DNA from: a virus
Virus record (IMG/VR): IMGVR_UViG_3300015360_000042
Coordinates: 2,426 to 66,425 of that record
Strand: one strand, 5' to 3'
Length of the DNA stretch: 64,000 nucleotides
Below, piece by piece: positions 17,596 through 26,983 of this stretch. The notes beneath the pieces were generated by a model. The model ran no database searches, was not told the origin of the DNA, and saw nothing but the letters and a program-made list of their open reading frames with translations. A program made the translations under genes and the position numbers. Position 1 is the first letter of the stretch. Every line of letters starts with the position of its first letter.

Positions 17596-19546
17596 AAATA
17601 AAGAGGCCGTGGAAATTCTTAAGGACATCAAGGATGCCAAGGACGATATCAAGAGTAAAGAATTTCTATCCGCGATGGTCGGCTATTTAAAAGACATTAG
17701 AGGTTTCACTCAAGATAATTTACTGGAAGAATTGATACACACTGAAAACGAAGACAAAATGTCTAAGGTAATTTTAGATATTCAAGATGATATTTCTTTT
17801 GGGTTTAAAGACTTGTCTAAACAAATTTCAAAACTTGGTCTATTTTCAGGTAAGAAAGAAGATGTTATTGTGAACGTCGCAAAACCCTCTAGTGTGTATA
17901 ACGAGCTAATGGCCCTCAATGCTGAAGATCAAATTGAGTACTTGTCTAATTTAAATTCAAACACTAGTGATATTCTCACGCTACTAAGAGGCGCAAATAA
18001 TCTTAAATCAGTTGGCGCGGTAACTACAAATAGCAAGAGTAATAAATCTAAGGGTAAGGAAGGTTTTTTTGAAAAAATTGCAGGTGGCATTGTAGGATTT
18101 TTAGGTCGTATCGCAAATAGTAACGTGCCAGCAACCGTTGAAAAGTCCTCTGGTTCAAATAGTGATCTCATGTTAGTCAACGCTCAAGATCAAGTTTATT
18201 ACTTATCTAATTTGAATTCAAGCACCGATGAAATGCTTGCAATAATGAGAAATGAAAGTAAACCCGTACCCTCTAGTACTGGTGCCTCTAGTGTTTCTAG
18301 CGCAGTGATAACTAAAAAGGAAGATAACAATAAAGGCTTTTTTGGCGGAATTGCAGACAGCATTTTAGAATTTTTAGGTCTTACATCTTTAACACGATAC
18401 GCAAAATCATACATTGAGCCAATATTTGCTTGGCTATTTAAACCCGTTAAATTGTTTGGAACCATGCTCATGGATTTTGCGAGCAAGCAATTTACAAAAA
18501 TAATGACCGCAATTTTTAACAGTAAACCAATGATTTATTTAATAGAAAAACTATTTACAACGAAAATAGGCGCTTTCTTTTTAAATTTGTTTTCAAAACT
18601 TTCTCCGTTCGTAAAAGGCTTCTCTAAATTTATTCCAATAATTGGGCAAATAGTAATGATTATTACAAGCGTTATTGATGCCGTCTCTGCGTTTGGAAAA
18701 ATGGAAGAAATATCTGGTAAAGTAAAAAGTACCATGACACTACTTGAAAAAATAAGCGTGGGGCTTGCTGGTATTATATCTCTTGGGATTTTTGATGCTA
18801 AGAAAATTTATAAAGTCATCATGTCTATAAATAAGTTAGTTGAAGATATTTACAATTCATTTATGGCCGCATTCCCAAAAAGTGTTAAGGCCGGCCTAGA
18901 GTCTGTAATGAGCGGACTATTTAATAAAGATAAAGGATTATTCGGGTTCATTCTCAGAGGTATTGAAGAGATAATTAACGACTTATCCGATGGTAAATTT
19001 CTTAAAGCTTTATGGAAAGCGTTGTTGTATTTACCAAAAGTTGTAATTGACTCCATCGGTAATATTTTAGACACAATGTTTAAAAAATCTTTTGGAAAAG
19101 ATGCGAAGGATCTCATTGTAACACCTATTGTAAATATGTTTACCACTCTTATACAAGCAGTAATGGATGCAATGTCGTCCATGCTCAGACAAGTGCCAAT
19201 GATTGGCAATTCGATGGCCGATGCTATTGATAAACTAAGAGCAGGGACTCAAAAACCAAATGCGATAGTTGGTAACACGAATGATGTAAATTACGCCAAT
19301 AAACCAACAACGATGAGCAATATTCAACCGTCTCAACCATCGGCAATGCCCGCCAATTTAAAAATGGGAAACACTACCGATCTAATGATTAAAGCATCGC
19401 CAAAACAAAAAATCACAGTTAATCAACCTCCGATAAGCGTAAACGTAACGCCAGCGCAGACCAAGCCAATTGCAATACCACAACGTTCAGCGGGTTCAGA
19501 ACTAATGTTTAGTATTGAGAGACTAACTGCTAGACCTGCAAGCTAG
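17588..19546 (+). CDS. Tape measure protein
   Basis: 652 aa with amphipathic helical segments, 'KFIPIIGQIVMII', an internal repeat of about 87 aa and a P/Q/N-rich tail. Follows the chaperone genes. Confidence 0.75.
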   Translation: MDKNKEAVEILKDIKDAKDDIKSKEFLSAMVGYLKDIRGFTQDNLLEELIHTENEDKMSKVILDIQDDISFGFKDLSKQISKLGLFSGKKEDVIVNVAKPSSVYNELMALNAEDQIEYLSNLNSNTSDILTLLRGANNLKSVGAVTTNSKSNKSKGKEGFFEKIAGGIVGFLGRIANSNVPATVEKSSGSNSDLMLVNAQDQVYYLSNLNSSTDEMLAIMRNESKPVPSSTGASSVSSAVITKKEDNNKGFFGGIADSILEFLGLTSLTRYAKSYIEPIFAWLFKPVKLFGTMLMDFASKQFTKIMTAIFNSKPMIYLIEKLFTTKIGAFFLNLFSKLSPFVKGFSKFIPIIGQIVMIITSVIDAVSAFGKMEEISGKVKSTMTLLEKISVGLAGIISLGIFDAKKIYKVIMSINKLVEDIYNSFMAAFPKSVKAGLESVMSGLFNKDKGLFGFILRGIEEIINDLSDGKFLKALWKALLYLPKVVIDSIGNILDTMFKKSFGKDAKDLIVTPIVNMFTTLIQAVMDAMSSMLRQVPMIGNSMADAIDKLRAGTQKPNAIVGNTNDVNYANKPTTMSNIQPSQPSAMPANLKMGNTTDLMIKASPKQKITVNQPPISVNVTPAQTKPIAIPQRSAGSELMFSIERLTARPAS

Positions 19547-19554
19547 GAGAACAA

Positions 19555-20307
19555 ATGTCTACTAATTTTTTAACAGATTTAGAAAAGCAATCACTCGCAG
19601 GGAATAATAAATCTACCGATAAATATTCTTTTTTATTGACTGGCCTAAAGGACGATCAATTTATCAGCGGTGTTATGCAAAACGCATTAAGTTTTGGCGG
19701 ATCAAATTCTTTCACATCAAAAGGCGCAGAGCTAAGAGATCGTCCAGTTGTCGGTGGTGCATACAGTGCAATGGATAAAGTAAATCAAGTAAGAGGCGTA
19801 CGTTTTTCCGGTCACTCAATGTTTTCACAAGGTGAGATGACTGATCTTTGGACCGATTCTAATAAACCAAGTTTTAGTATTTCTTTTACTTTACTAGCGC
19901 ATACTGCGCAAGAGGCCGTAAGAAACCAAGCAAAAGTTCTAGCGCTTCAATCGGCCGTCTTACCTGTTGGAGGTGGCTCACTGTTGACCGCACCTCTGGG
20001 ATATAAAGGTAACGGATCTGGAACATTAGAATTGGCCGTCGGTGTTTGGTTTAAGGCACCAAAATTAATTATGCACAGTCTTACAGCAAGCGCAGATAGA
20101 CAAGTAATGTACAATGGCGGGAATCCGCTTTCTTGGACAATTTCTATGGATCTTCAACCTTATCGTATGATTACCATTTCAGATTTTGAAAAATATTTTA
20201 TTGTTCCAAAAATTGCTATCGCAGGAGCAGAGAACAAGTTGTCTCAAGAAGATCAGAAAACGTTGTTTAGTCGCGCAACTGAAAAAGCAAAATCATTTTT
20301 CGCATAG
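19555..20307 (+). CDS. Baseplate/tube-initiator-like protein
   Basis: After the tape measure gene. 'PSFSISFTL...LQSAVLP...WTISMDLQP' tube-like pattern. Confidence 0.55.
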   Translation: MSTNFLTDLEKQSLAGNNKSTDKYSFLLTGLKDDQFISGVMQNALSFGGSNSFTSKGAELRDRPVVGGAYSAMDKVNQVRGVRFSGHSMFSQGEMTDLWTDSNKPSFSISFTLLAHTAQEAVRNQAKVLALQSAVLPVGGGSLLTAPLGYKGNGSGTLELAVGVWFKAPKLIMHSLTASADRQVMYNGGNPLSWTISMDLQPYRMITISDFEKYFIVPKIAIAGAENKLSQEDQKTLFSRATEKAKSFFA

Positions 20308-20315
20308 AGGATTAT

Positions 20316-20669
20316 ATGGTCGCTGAATTATTTTTTTTAAATTTGGATCGTGAGTTCTTAGAGCGTTTTGAATTGGAGCGTTTTTTAAATTTTGATGTCG
20401 ATAACTATGATCCATTAAATAGCGCTATACTAAACGAACTAACTGATTTAAAAAAAAGCGGTAGGTTTATAGTACAAGGTGAGACAAGTCGCCCAGATAA
20501 TATATCACATAAAGTTTACGGTGATGTTCAATATTGGTGGGTAATAATGTTTTATAACAATATTACCGACGTAAATGATATTGTCACTGGCCTAGAATTA
20601 AACTACCCTTCATTAACAGACCTGGAACAATATTATTTTAAATTAAAATCGAGACAACCAAGTGCTTAG
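20316..20669 (+). CDS. Baseplate wedge protein, LysM-like (T4 gp53-like)
   Basis: 'RPDNISHKVYGDVQYWWVIMFYNNITD...G.ELNYP'. Confidence 0.88.
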   Translation: MVAELFFLNLDREFLERFELERFLNFDVDNYDPLNSAILNELTDLKKSGRFIVQGETSRPDNISHKVYGDVQYWWVIMFYNNITDVNDIVTGLELNYPSLTDLEQYYFKLKSRQPSA

Positions 20670-21792
20670 ATTTAGTAACACTTTTGCATTAGAATTATCA
20701 ATAAACGGTGTAACCGACTTTATTAAAGAAGTCCAAGACCTTTTCGAGTTCTCAATATCAGAATATTCCGGTTGTAGACTACCTACATTTAATATCTCTT
20801 TCATCTCAGATAACGATAATATTTTAAAATTTTTAAACGAGGGTAATATTATTCTCGCTTCTTATGGTAAGGACATCGATACACTAGAAACGACAAGTCT
20901 CGTTCTATCTACATTAAACACTAGTAAAGAAGGCGACACTCGAAGAATGTACGCAATCTCAGGTTTTGCAATTAATTTAGGCTATATTCAAAATAACAAT
21001 TTAGTAATTTCAAGTAAAAAATCTGGAATCGAAGTAGCAATTGAAGTAGCAAAAAGAAATTTCAAAAAAATTGATTCAAATATTACAAAGTCGGAAGACT
21101 CACAATATTGGATTCAACCAAACACAACAGATAGACATTTCATAAATCATTTAATAATGCGTTCTGATTTAAAGGATTCTTTTGCTTGCGGTGCCATATT
21201 GGCCAATGGTGTGTTTATTCTAAGAGATATTAAAAAATTAATTAAGGACGAGGTAAAGTGGAAGTTTATTAAACACGCCAATAACAAAAACGAAATTGAT
21301 TACTCACCGGATGCCTCCTTACAGCTTAGTCCTATCTATTATAATTTTTGGACAGGATACGAAAAGGGACAAGTGGTAATTGATTTTGAAACTGGAGAGC
21401 AATCAACAGTTTCATCTAAATTTATTCCCATATTGGCCATTTCAAAAGAACAAGATAAAGATCCATCAATTACTAAAAAGTACGACGAAACATCTTTTCA
21501 AAATGATTCTGTACATGCCAATTTTTTTAAATCGTATAAACAAAATCTAACGTATTTAACCCAGTTATCTAAAGTTGAAATTCAAGTTGATTTTCAAAAT
21601 TTTTACAGAGCGATTAAACCCTTGGACCTTTGTTTTTTTGCTCAACCAGACAACACTAACCCAGCGGGGTCTAATGAGTTTACTTCTGGTGTTTATATCG
21701 CGACGAGAGTAACTAAATCAATTCAAAATAAAAAACTAATTACTACCGTTTTATTAAATAGAGAGGCCTTAAACTCGGCAAGGAACGCATAA
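20662..21792 (+). CDS. Baseplate hub protein (gp27-like)
   Basis: 'WIQPNTTDRHFI' and 'SGVYIATRV...LNRE'. Lies between the gp53-like gene and the spike. Confidence 0.7.
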   Translation: MLRFSNTFALELSINGVTDFIKEVQDLFEFSISEYSGCRLPTFNISFISDNDNILKFLNEGNIILASYGKDIDTLETTSLVLSTLNTSKEGDTRRMYAISGFAINLGYIQNNNLVISSKKSGIEVAIEVAKRNFKKIDSNITKSEDSQYWIQPNTTDRHFINHLIMRSDLKDSFACGAILANGVFILRDIKKLIKDEVKWKFIKHANNKNEIDYSPDASLQLSPIYYNFWTGYEKGQVVIDFETGEQSTVSSKFIPILAISKEQDKDPSITKKYDETSFQNDSVHANFFKSYKQNLTYLTQLSKVEIQVDFQNFYRAIKPLDLCFFAQPDNTNPAGSNEFTSGVYIATRVTKSIQNKKLITTVLLNREALNSARNA

Positions 21793-22592
21793 TGTTATTA
21801 GATCCATCTGAGTTTTTTACATCACCTGATCCAACAGAAAAAACCCGATACTACGTTGGAACAGTTGTTAATGACAACGATCCTAAAAAATTAGGCAGGG
21901 TAAAAGTTTCAATACCGGAAATTTATGGCGAAGCAGATACGGATAAGCTTCCATGGGTTAGTTCAATTGGTAACCCAAAAACTTTTAAAACTCCAAACAT
22001 GGGTAGTAAATTAATAATATTTTTTCCATTCGGAATGGCCTACTTTCCTTTCAGTCTTGGTTATTGGCATTTCACATCAACACACTCAACGTATTTTGAT
22101 GCTGATTATCCAAACACATTTGGAATAGATGACTCGTTTAAGGTAAAATTTAATAAGGTAGATAAAAGCTTCGAATTACTAAATCCAGACGGTGCATATT
22201 TTAAAATTAAACCAGATGGTGGCTTAGAGTTTAACGCGCTAATGGTTTGCAAATTTATTACGGGTGATAACTTTGAAATTGAGTCAACTAAAAAAATAAA
22301 ACTAACATCGACAGAAGATACCGAAATTAATTCATCTCAAAAAGTAAAAATAGACGGTACTGGTGGATTAGAGTTCACTACCGACGGCGAAGCAAAATTT
22401 AAAGGTACGGCAAAAACAGAAGTTGGAGATAGTGGATCAATAACTATGGTAAACGGTCAGACGGTTTTAATTGCCGGTGGCGGTACTAGTGTTGCTGTAC
22501 TAGGCGCGACCTGTATCGGAGTTGGTAATTTAGGTATTCCCGTCATGTCCACAATCATACAAGGCAGTTCAAAAGTTTTTGCACCATTATAG
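21792..22592 (+). CDS. Baseplate central spike (gp5/gpV-like, OB fold + beta-helix, no lysozyme domain)
   Basis: 'YVGTVVNDNDPKKLGRVKVSIPEIYG...LPW', then beta-helix repeats. Confidence 0.88.
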   Translation: MLLDPSEFFTSPDPTEKTRYYVGTVVNDNDPKKLGRVKVSIPEIYGEADTDKLPWVSSIGNPKTFKTPNMGSKLIIFFPFGMAYFPFSLGYWHFTSTHSTYFDADYPNTFGIDDSFKVKFNKVDKSFELLNPDGAYFKIKPDGGLEFNALMVCKFITGDNFEIESTKKIKLTSTEDTEINSSQKVKIDGTGGLEFTTDGEAKFKGTAKTEVGDSGSITMVNGQTVLIAGGGTSVAVLGATCIGVGNLGIPVMSTIIQGSSKVFAPL

Positions 22593-22598
22593 GATTTT

Positions 22599-24029
22599 AT
22601 GGCATTAGTTTTTTCTACATCACAAATTCAATCAATCAGTAAAGACGCTTTATTGCTTCCAGCTATTATCAATGCGCCAGATACAGGACTTATTGATCAA
22701 AGAGCAAAGTCAGTTATAACAAAAGACAACCTTTTAATTACCGATAACAATAACAAGGTTTATTCCGATTTCTATGAAGATACTCAATTACGTTATCATA
22801 ATGAATTAGTTTTATTAAATAATGTGCAGAAAACTAATTATCCAGACGCTGATCTTGTTTCTGGTGGTAATGGTGTCGGCGGACATTTCCCAACAGCACC
22901 GGCATGGGTGAATATGCCTCCGAAATTGATAGATTCGTTAAACGGTCTACCAACAAACACTTTAGGAAATAACTTAGAAGCATTTCATACAAACAGATTC
23001 GACAATGAAATAACATTATTAAAAACGGGCTTTAATGATTCGGCCTATAATCTGGTGGGCACAATCGCGGGCACCGTCTTCACTGGTGCGAACGTTACAG
23101 GCCTAGTGATAAATCAAAGAATTTTATTAGTCGATGGGACAAATAACTTCATTGGCCTAATTACCGCAATTGATATTATTTTATTTACCTTTGATTTTAC
23201 GATTATATACGGAGCAGGATTTACAGGTGCCGCAACCGCAATAGGATCTTTTTCTGGATTTAATAATAGTCAAAGAGGAGGATTCTCTACACTCGTACCA
23301 AACACTAATATTTATAATGCAATGACCGCGAATATTGTTACCTACGAATCATCATGGAAAGCATACGTTTTAAATTTAAAAACCATTATTGATTTGAACA
23401 CTGATTTATCTCCAAGGAAATCATCAAACCAAACGGCCTCTGGAGATTGCAATACGGCCTTAATTGCGCTCTCAGCTTGGGAGGCCTTATCTAATACTGG
23501 TGTAAGTGGAAAATACGTGGACGCGTCAATAGCACCGCTACTAACAATGATTACAACTAGAGTAACTTTCACTACGAATCGCATTATAGGAATCGCAACC
23601 AATGTTGGTTCAGTGGCACAAAATCCCGATGGTTCGTACACGACTAGCGGTGCCTATGGTGAACTTTTTAAAAATATTGATTTAAGAGTTAATCGCGCAT
23701 CCGGTTCATTGAGCGCTTACGTTAATTCTTTCCTAGCAGTAACATTTTTTGATCAAAAAATTGCTAGTGCAAACGCTCAACTTGCGCAATACCTTAATAC
23801 TTTTGCAATAAGTAAAATTTCAAGCGATACTACTATTGGACAAGGTATATTTATTGTTGACACTGTCTCTGGATTGATAAACGGTGATACGGTTTACGTT
23901 ATGGATAATGAATCCTTAGTTTACACCAGAAGCATTTCATCAATCATAGGTTTTTCAATAACATTAAATACAACAATCCCAGCGATACTCTTAACCTCTA
24001 AATTGTGTAGAATTGTAAAACAAAAATAA
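22599..24029 (+). CDS. Hypothetical structural protein in baseplate cluster
   Basis: 476 aa, T/N/S-rich, between the spike and gp25-like genes. Confidence 0.6.
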   Translation: MALVFSTSQIQSISKDALLLPAIINAPDTGLIDQRAKSVITKDNLLITDNNNKVYSDFYEDTQLRYHNELVLLNNVQKTNYPDADLVSGGNGVGGHFPTAPAWVNMPPKLIDSLNGLPTNTLGNNLEAFHTNRFDNEITLLKTGFNDSAYNLVGTIAGTVFTGANVTGLVINQRILLVDGTNNFIGLITAIDIILFTFDFTIIYGAGFTGAATAIGSFSGFNNSQRGGFSTLVPNTNIYNAMTANIVTYESSWKAYVLNLKTIIDLNTDLSPRKSSNQTASGDCNTALIALSAWEALSNTGVSGKYVDASIAPLLTMITTRVTFTTNRIIGIATNVGSVAQNPDGSYTTSGAYGELFKNIDLRVNRASGSLSAYVNSFLAVTFFDQKIASANAQLAQYLNTFAISKISSDTTIGQGIFIVDTVSGLINGDTVYVMDNESLVYTRSISSIIGFSITLNTTIPAILLTSKLCRIVKQK

Positions 24030-24030
24030 T

Positions 24031-24399
24031 ATGGCATTTTACCAAGATATAAACGAACACACTCCGACAATAAAGCCTATGGTAAAGGACGCGAAAGCTG
24101 TTGCCCAATGGTTGTCATCTTTACTAATGACGGGAAAAGGTGAGGTACTATTTAAACCAGATTACGGTTTTGATGCCTACTCATTTATTTTTGAATTAAT
24201 GACCGAGGGTGGTGCAAGTGCTTTGTTTAGCGAAATACAAAGAATTGTTGAGGAGTACGACCCAGAGGTCTTAATTGATGGTGGGGCGTCATCCGTTGTA
24301 GGGATTCCAGAGAATAACGCATATATTGTTGACTTGGCGTTTACAATCAAAGGTTTTTCTGAAAATGTTTTTAATGTACCACTAATTTTTAAAGCATAG
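24031..24399 (+). CDS. Baseplate wedge / sheath initiator (gp25/gpW-like)
   Basis: 'LLMTGKGEVLFKPDYG...IFE...YDP'. Confidence 0.9.
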   Translation: MAFYQDINEHTPTIKPMVKDAKAVAQWLSSLLMTGKGEVLFKPDYGFDAYSFIFELMTEGGASALFSEIQRIVEEYDPEVLIDGGASSVVGIPENNAYIVDLAFTIKGFSENVFNVPLIFKA

Positions 24400-24406
24400 G
24401 TTTAAC

Positions 24407-26338
24407 ATGAGTTTTATTATTAATCCCGCATCAATTAATCACGCATCAATTAGACAAGACTTAGTGAATTTTTTAGCTGTTCAAGCAGACGCGACAAAGT
24501 GGTCACCGTTTTTTGAATCAACGACAGGACAAAATTTAATTGATTTAATGAGCGGTCTTGCGGCTTTTTTTCAATATCAAACGATTACTGCAAGACGTGA
24601 GGCCTATATTCAATTCTCCAAAAACAGATCGTCACTTCTTGGTGCGGCAAACTTTCTAGGGTATTCCGCCTTTCGCGGAAGAAACGCTATTGTTTCTTTA
24701 ACCATTATACCAGCAACGACAGGAACATGGCCAAAATGGTATGAACTTGGAACAGTTAAAGATAGAAAATTAATTTTATTAAGTGAGACGATACACAATA
24801 TCGGTGTGCCTGTAACCGTTTTAGTCGCAATTGGTGAAATCGAAATCGAAACAATACTCTCGCCAAATACGAATTTAAATGTTTTTAAATTTACTCAAAA
24901 GAACGTATCCGAAGATATTAGGGTGTACTTTTCATCAACGGAAGTCGCAATTAGTAAAGAGATTGAAGATTTATTGGATGGTAAAGTCGTTTGCTTATCA
25001 AACTCATTCGGATCGGTCGATGTAAAATATTTAAATCAACTTTCATTCATAAATCGCTATACTACCGGCACGGCAATTAATTTACATTGGATAGATTTAA
25101 AGGATACCGATTTTACTTTAAATGATTTGGCCCTTTATATTAGTGAAGGCACATTAACTGTCTCGTCTTTAAACACTGTATTTACTCTACCAGAAGGTGA
25201 CGATGAAATACGAGTGAACGCTCCATTAAGAAGCGAAACAAAATCGGCCGTTAGAGGACGACAAGATCAACCTAAAATAATTAAGCGCCTTGATACTAGA
25301 ATTATATCTGCATCTGGTGAAGATGTTTCAGCCGCTATAATGAGAATCTATTGCGTCTTATTAAATGATCTAAGATTTAATGATGCTGAGAAACTAACAA
25401 TTATTTCGTCATTTGAACCGTTTCGACCGCACGGTTTGCTACCTCCAATTATTTCTGCGGCAACAAGATTTAAAACACAATTAAATATTACATACAAGCC
25501 AGTTGTTGGTGCGGTTGGAAATATTCAAACAATTATTAATGCAAAATTGGCCACTTTAAATTTAAAATTAGGTCAGACACTTGATACTGATTTACTTGAA
25601 CAATTTTTAGAAGATCAAGATTTTATTAAAATTGCTAGAGTATCGTTAAAAGGGTCAACCTTTTTGCCAACATTCGCCTACGAATTAGGCGAGCTTGTTA
25701 CACCAACGGTTATAAATGGAAAAGTGTATCGTGTATTTTCTTTGCTATCATTTAGTGGTGTAACACAACCAATATGGCCGATTGTTGCTGACGCTACTAT
25801 TAACGATGGTGATATTCAATGGAAAGCAATCCCTAAGACAGAGCTAGCAGGTATTAGTGCATGGGCGGCGTCAACTGCATATACGATCGGAGCAATCGTT
25901 AAACCATCCGTAGTTAATAATTTTGTTTATGAAGCGGTGATAGAGTTTAGAAAGTCGTTAGGTACGCAACCAACATGGCCTCCGTTAGCAGGCGCTCAAC
26001 CAGAAGACCTTATAGGATCGTTTGTTAAAGACGGCGATATTTTATGGCAAGCACGTCCACAAGAAGGCACACCTCCTGTGTGGCTTGCAAATACTCATTA
26101 TGAAAAAGGTTATAGAGTTAAGGCCACAAATCAAATTTCTTCGGACACAGTGGCAGTAATGTTTGAAGTTTACGCCTACTTGGGTCAAACTAGTACTGAA
26201 CCAATATGGCCAGTGACGGTTAATAACACAATTAATTCCGGCAATATAAAATTTGTTTGTCTTGATCCAGAAGGTGTCATTTTTGAATTATCAAAAGGAC
26301 AGTATTGGAATCTTAGTGCGACTCCGGTAATAATTTAA
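24407..26338 (+). CDS. Baseplate wedge protein (gp6/gpJ-like) with three C-terminal carbohydrate-binding-like repeats
   Basis: 'REAYIQFSKNRSSLLGAANFLGY' and 'EGDDEIRVNAP'. Repeats of W-x4-Y-x2-G...P-x-WP...DG-x-I-x-W. Confidence 0.85.
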   Translation: MSFIINPASINHASIRQDLVNFLAVQADATKWSPFFESTTGQNLIDLMSGLAAFFQYQTITARREAYIQFSKNRSSLLGAANFLGYSAFRGRNAIVSLTIIPATTGTWPKWYELGTVKDRKLILLSETIHNIGVPVTVLVAIGEIEIETILSPNTNLNVFKFTQKNVSEDIRVYFSSTEVAISKEIEDLLDGKVVCLSNSFGSVDVKYLNQLSFINRYTTGTAINLHWIDLKDTDFTLNDLALYISEGTLTVSSLNTVFTLPEGDDEIRVNAPLRSETKSAVRGRQDQPKIIKRLDTRIISASGEDVSAAIMRIYCVLLNDLRFNDAEKLTIISSFEPFRPHGLLPPIISAATRFKTQLNITYKPVVGAVGNIQTIINAKLATLNLKLGQTLDTDLLEQFLEDQDFIKIARVSLKGSTFLPTFAYELGELVTPTVINGKVYRVFSLLSFSGVTQPIWPIVADATINDGDIQWKAIPKTELAGISAWAASTAYTIGAIVKPSVVNNFVYEAVIEFRKSLGTQPTWPPLAGAQPEDLIGSFVKDGDILWQARPQEGTPPVWLANTHYEKGYRVKATNQISSDTVAVMFEVYAYLGQTSTEPIWPVTVNNTINSGNIKFVCLDPEGVIFELSKGQYWNLSATPVII

Positions 26339-26934
26339 TGCAAGTACAAGAAGTCGATAAATTTTTGGCCGAGTACAAGAAGGACAAAGAGCTTTGGATT
26401 AAAGTTACTGCAATGATGAGAGAGATCCTCATTGATTCCGTTAATGAATTAAAAGATGTAAAATATAAATTCACTGACCCGTCGCAATTAAACAATGACG
26501 TAATTAAGGAAATTTTAGTTGAGCAGGGTTTTAAATACATTGTATCTGTTATGGATACAATCGTAGGTTTTGATTTTAAAACAATGGTTTCTTTCGTTGA
26601 TTTAATAAACCAATTGAAAGGGACACGAAAAGGTTTAGAATTAGTTTTAAAACTTATGGGGTTTGATTCAATCATTGTAGAATGGTGGGAGCAAGTACCA
26701 AAAGCAGAGCCTTGGACTTATGAAATTATTATAATTGTTGATAATTCGTACGTGCCGGATATTTTTTCAACTTTAAACTACGTTAAAGAATTTTCTGACA
26801 ATTACGTAATTGCTAAGGTCGGTAATATTGATGTACGGTTTAGTTCACCAGAATTTGCGATAACTGTTCCATTATTAGGTGGTTTTTTTACTGGACACTA
26901 TACAGGACGAGCATTACAACGGCTTAATCCTTGA
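26338..26934 (+). CDS. Baseplate wedge protein (P2 gpI/gp7-like)
   Basis: 'LKGTRKGLELVLKLMG...VEWWE...PWTY'. Confidence 0.8.
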   Translation: MQVQEVDKFLAEYKKDKELWIKVTAMMREILIDSVNELKDVKYKFTDPSQLNNDVIKEILVEQGFKYIVSVMDTIVGFDFKTMVSFVDLINQLKGTRKGLELVLKLMGFDSIIVEWWEQVPKAEPWTYEIIIIVDNSYVPDIFSTLNYVKEFSDNYVIAKVGNIDVRFSSPEFAITVPLLGGFFTGHYTGRALQRLNP

Positions 26935-26958
26935 CTTGATACTTTAGTATTGTAAACT
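26931..26958 (+). promoter_or_regulatory. Sigma70-like promoter for the fibre gene
   Basis: TTGACT-16 bp-TAAACT upstream of RBS GAGG. Confidence 0.5.
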
Positions 26959-26983
26959 TTTTAATAAATTCGAGGAAGAATAT

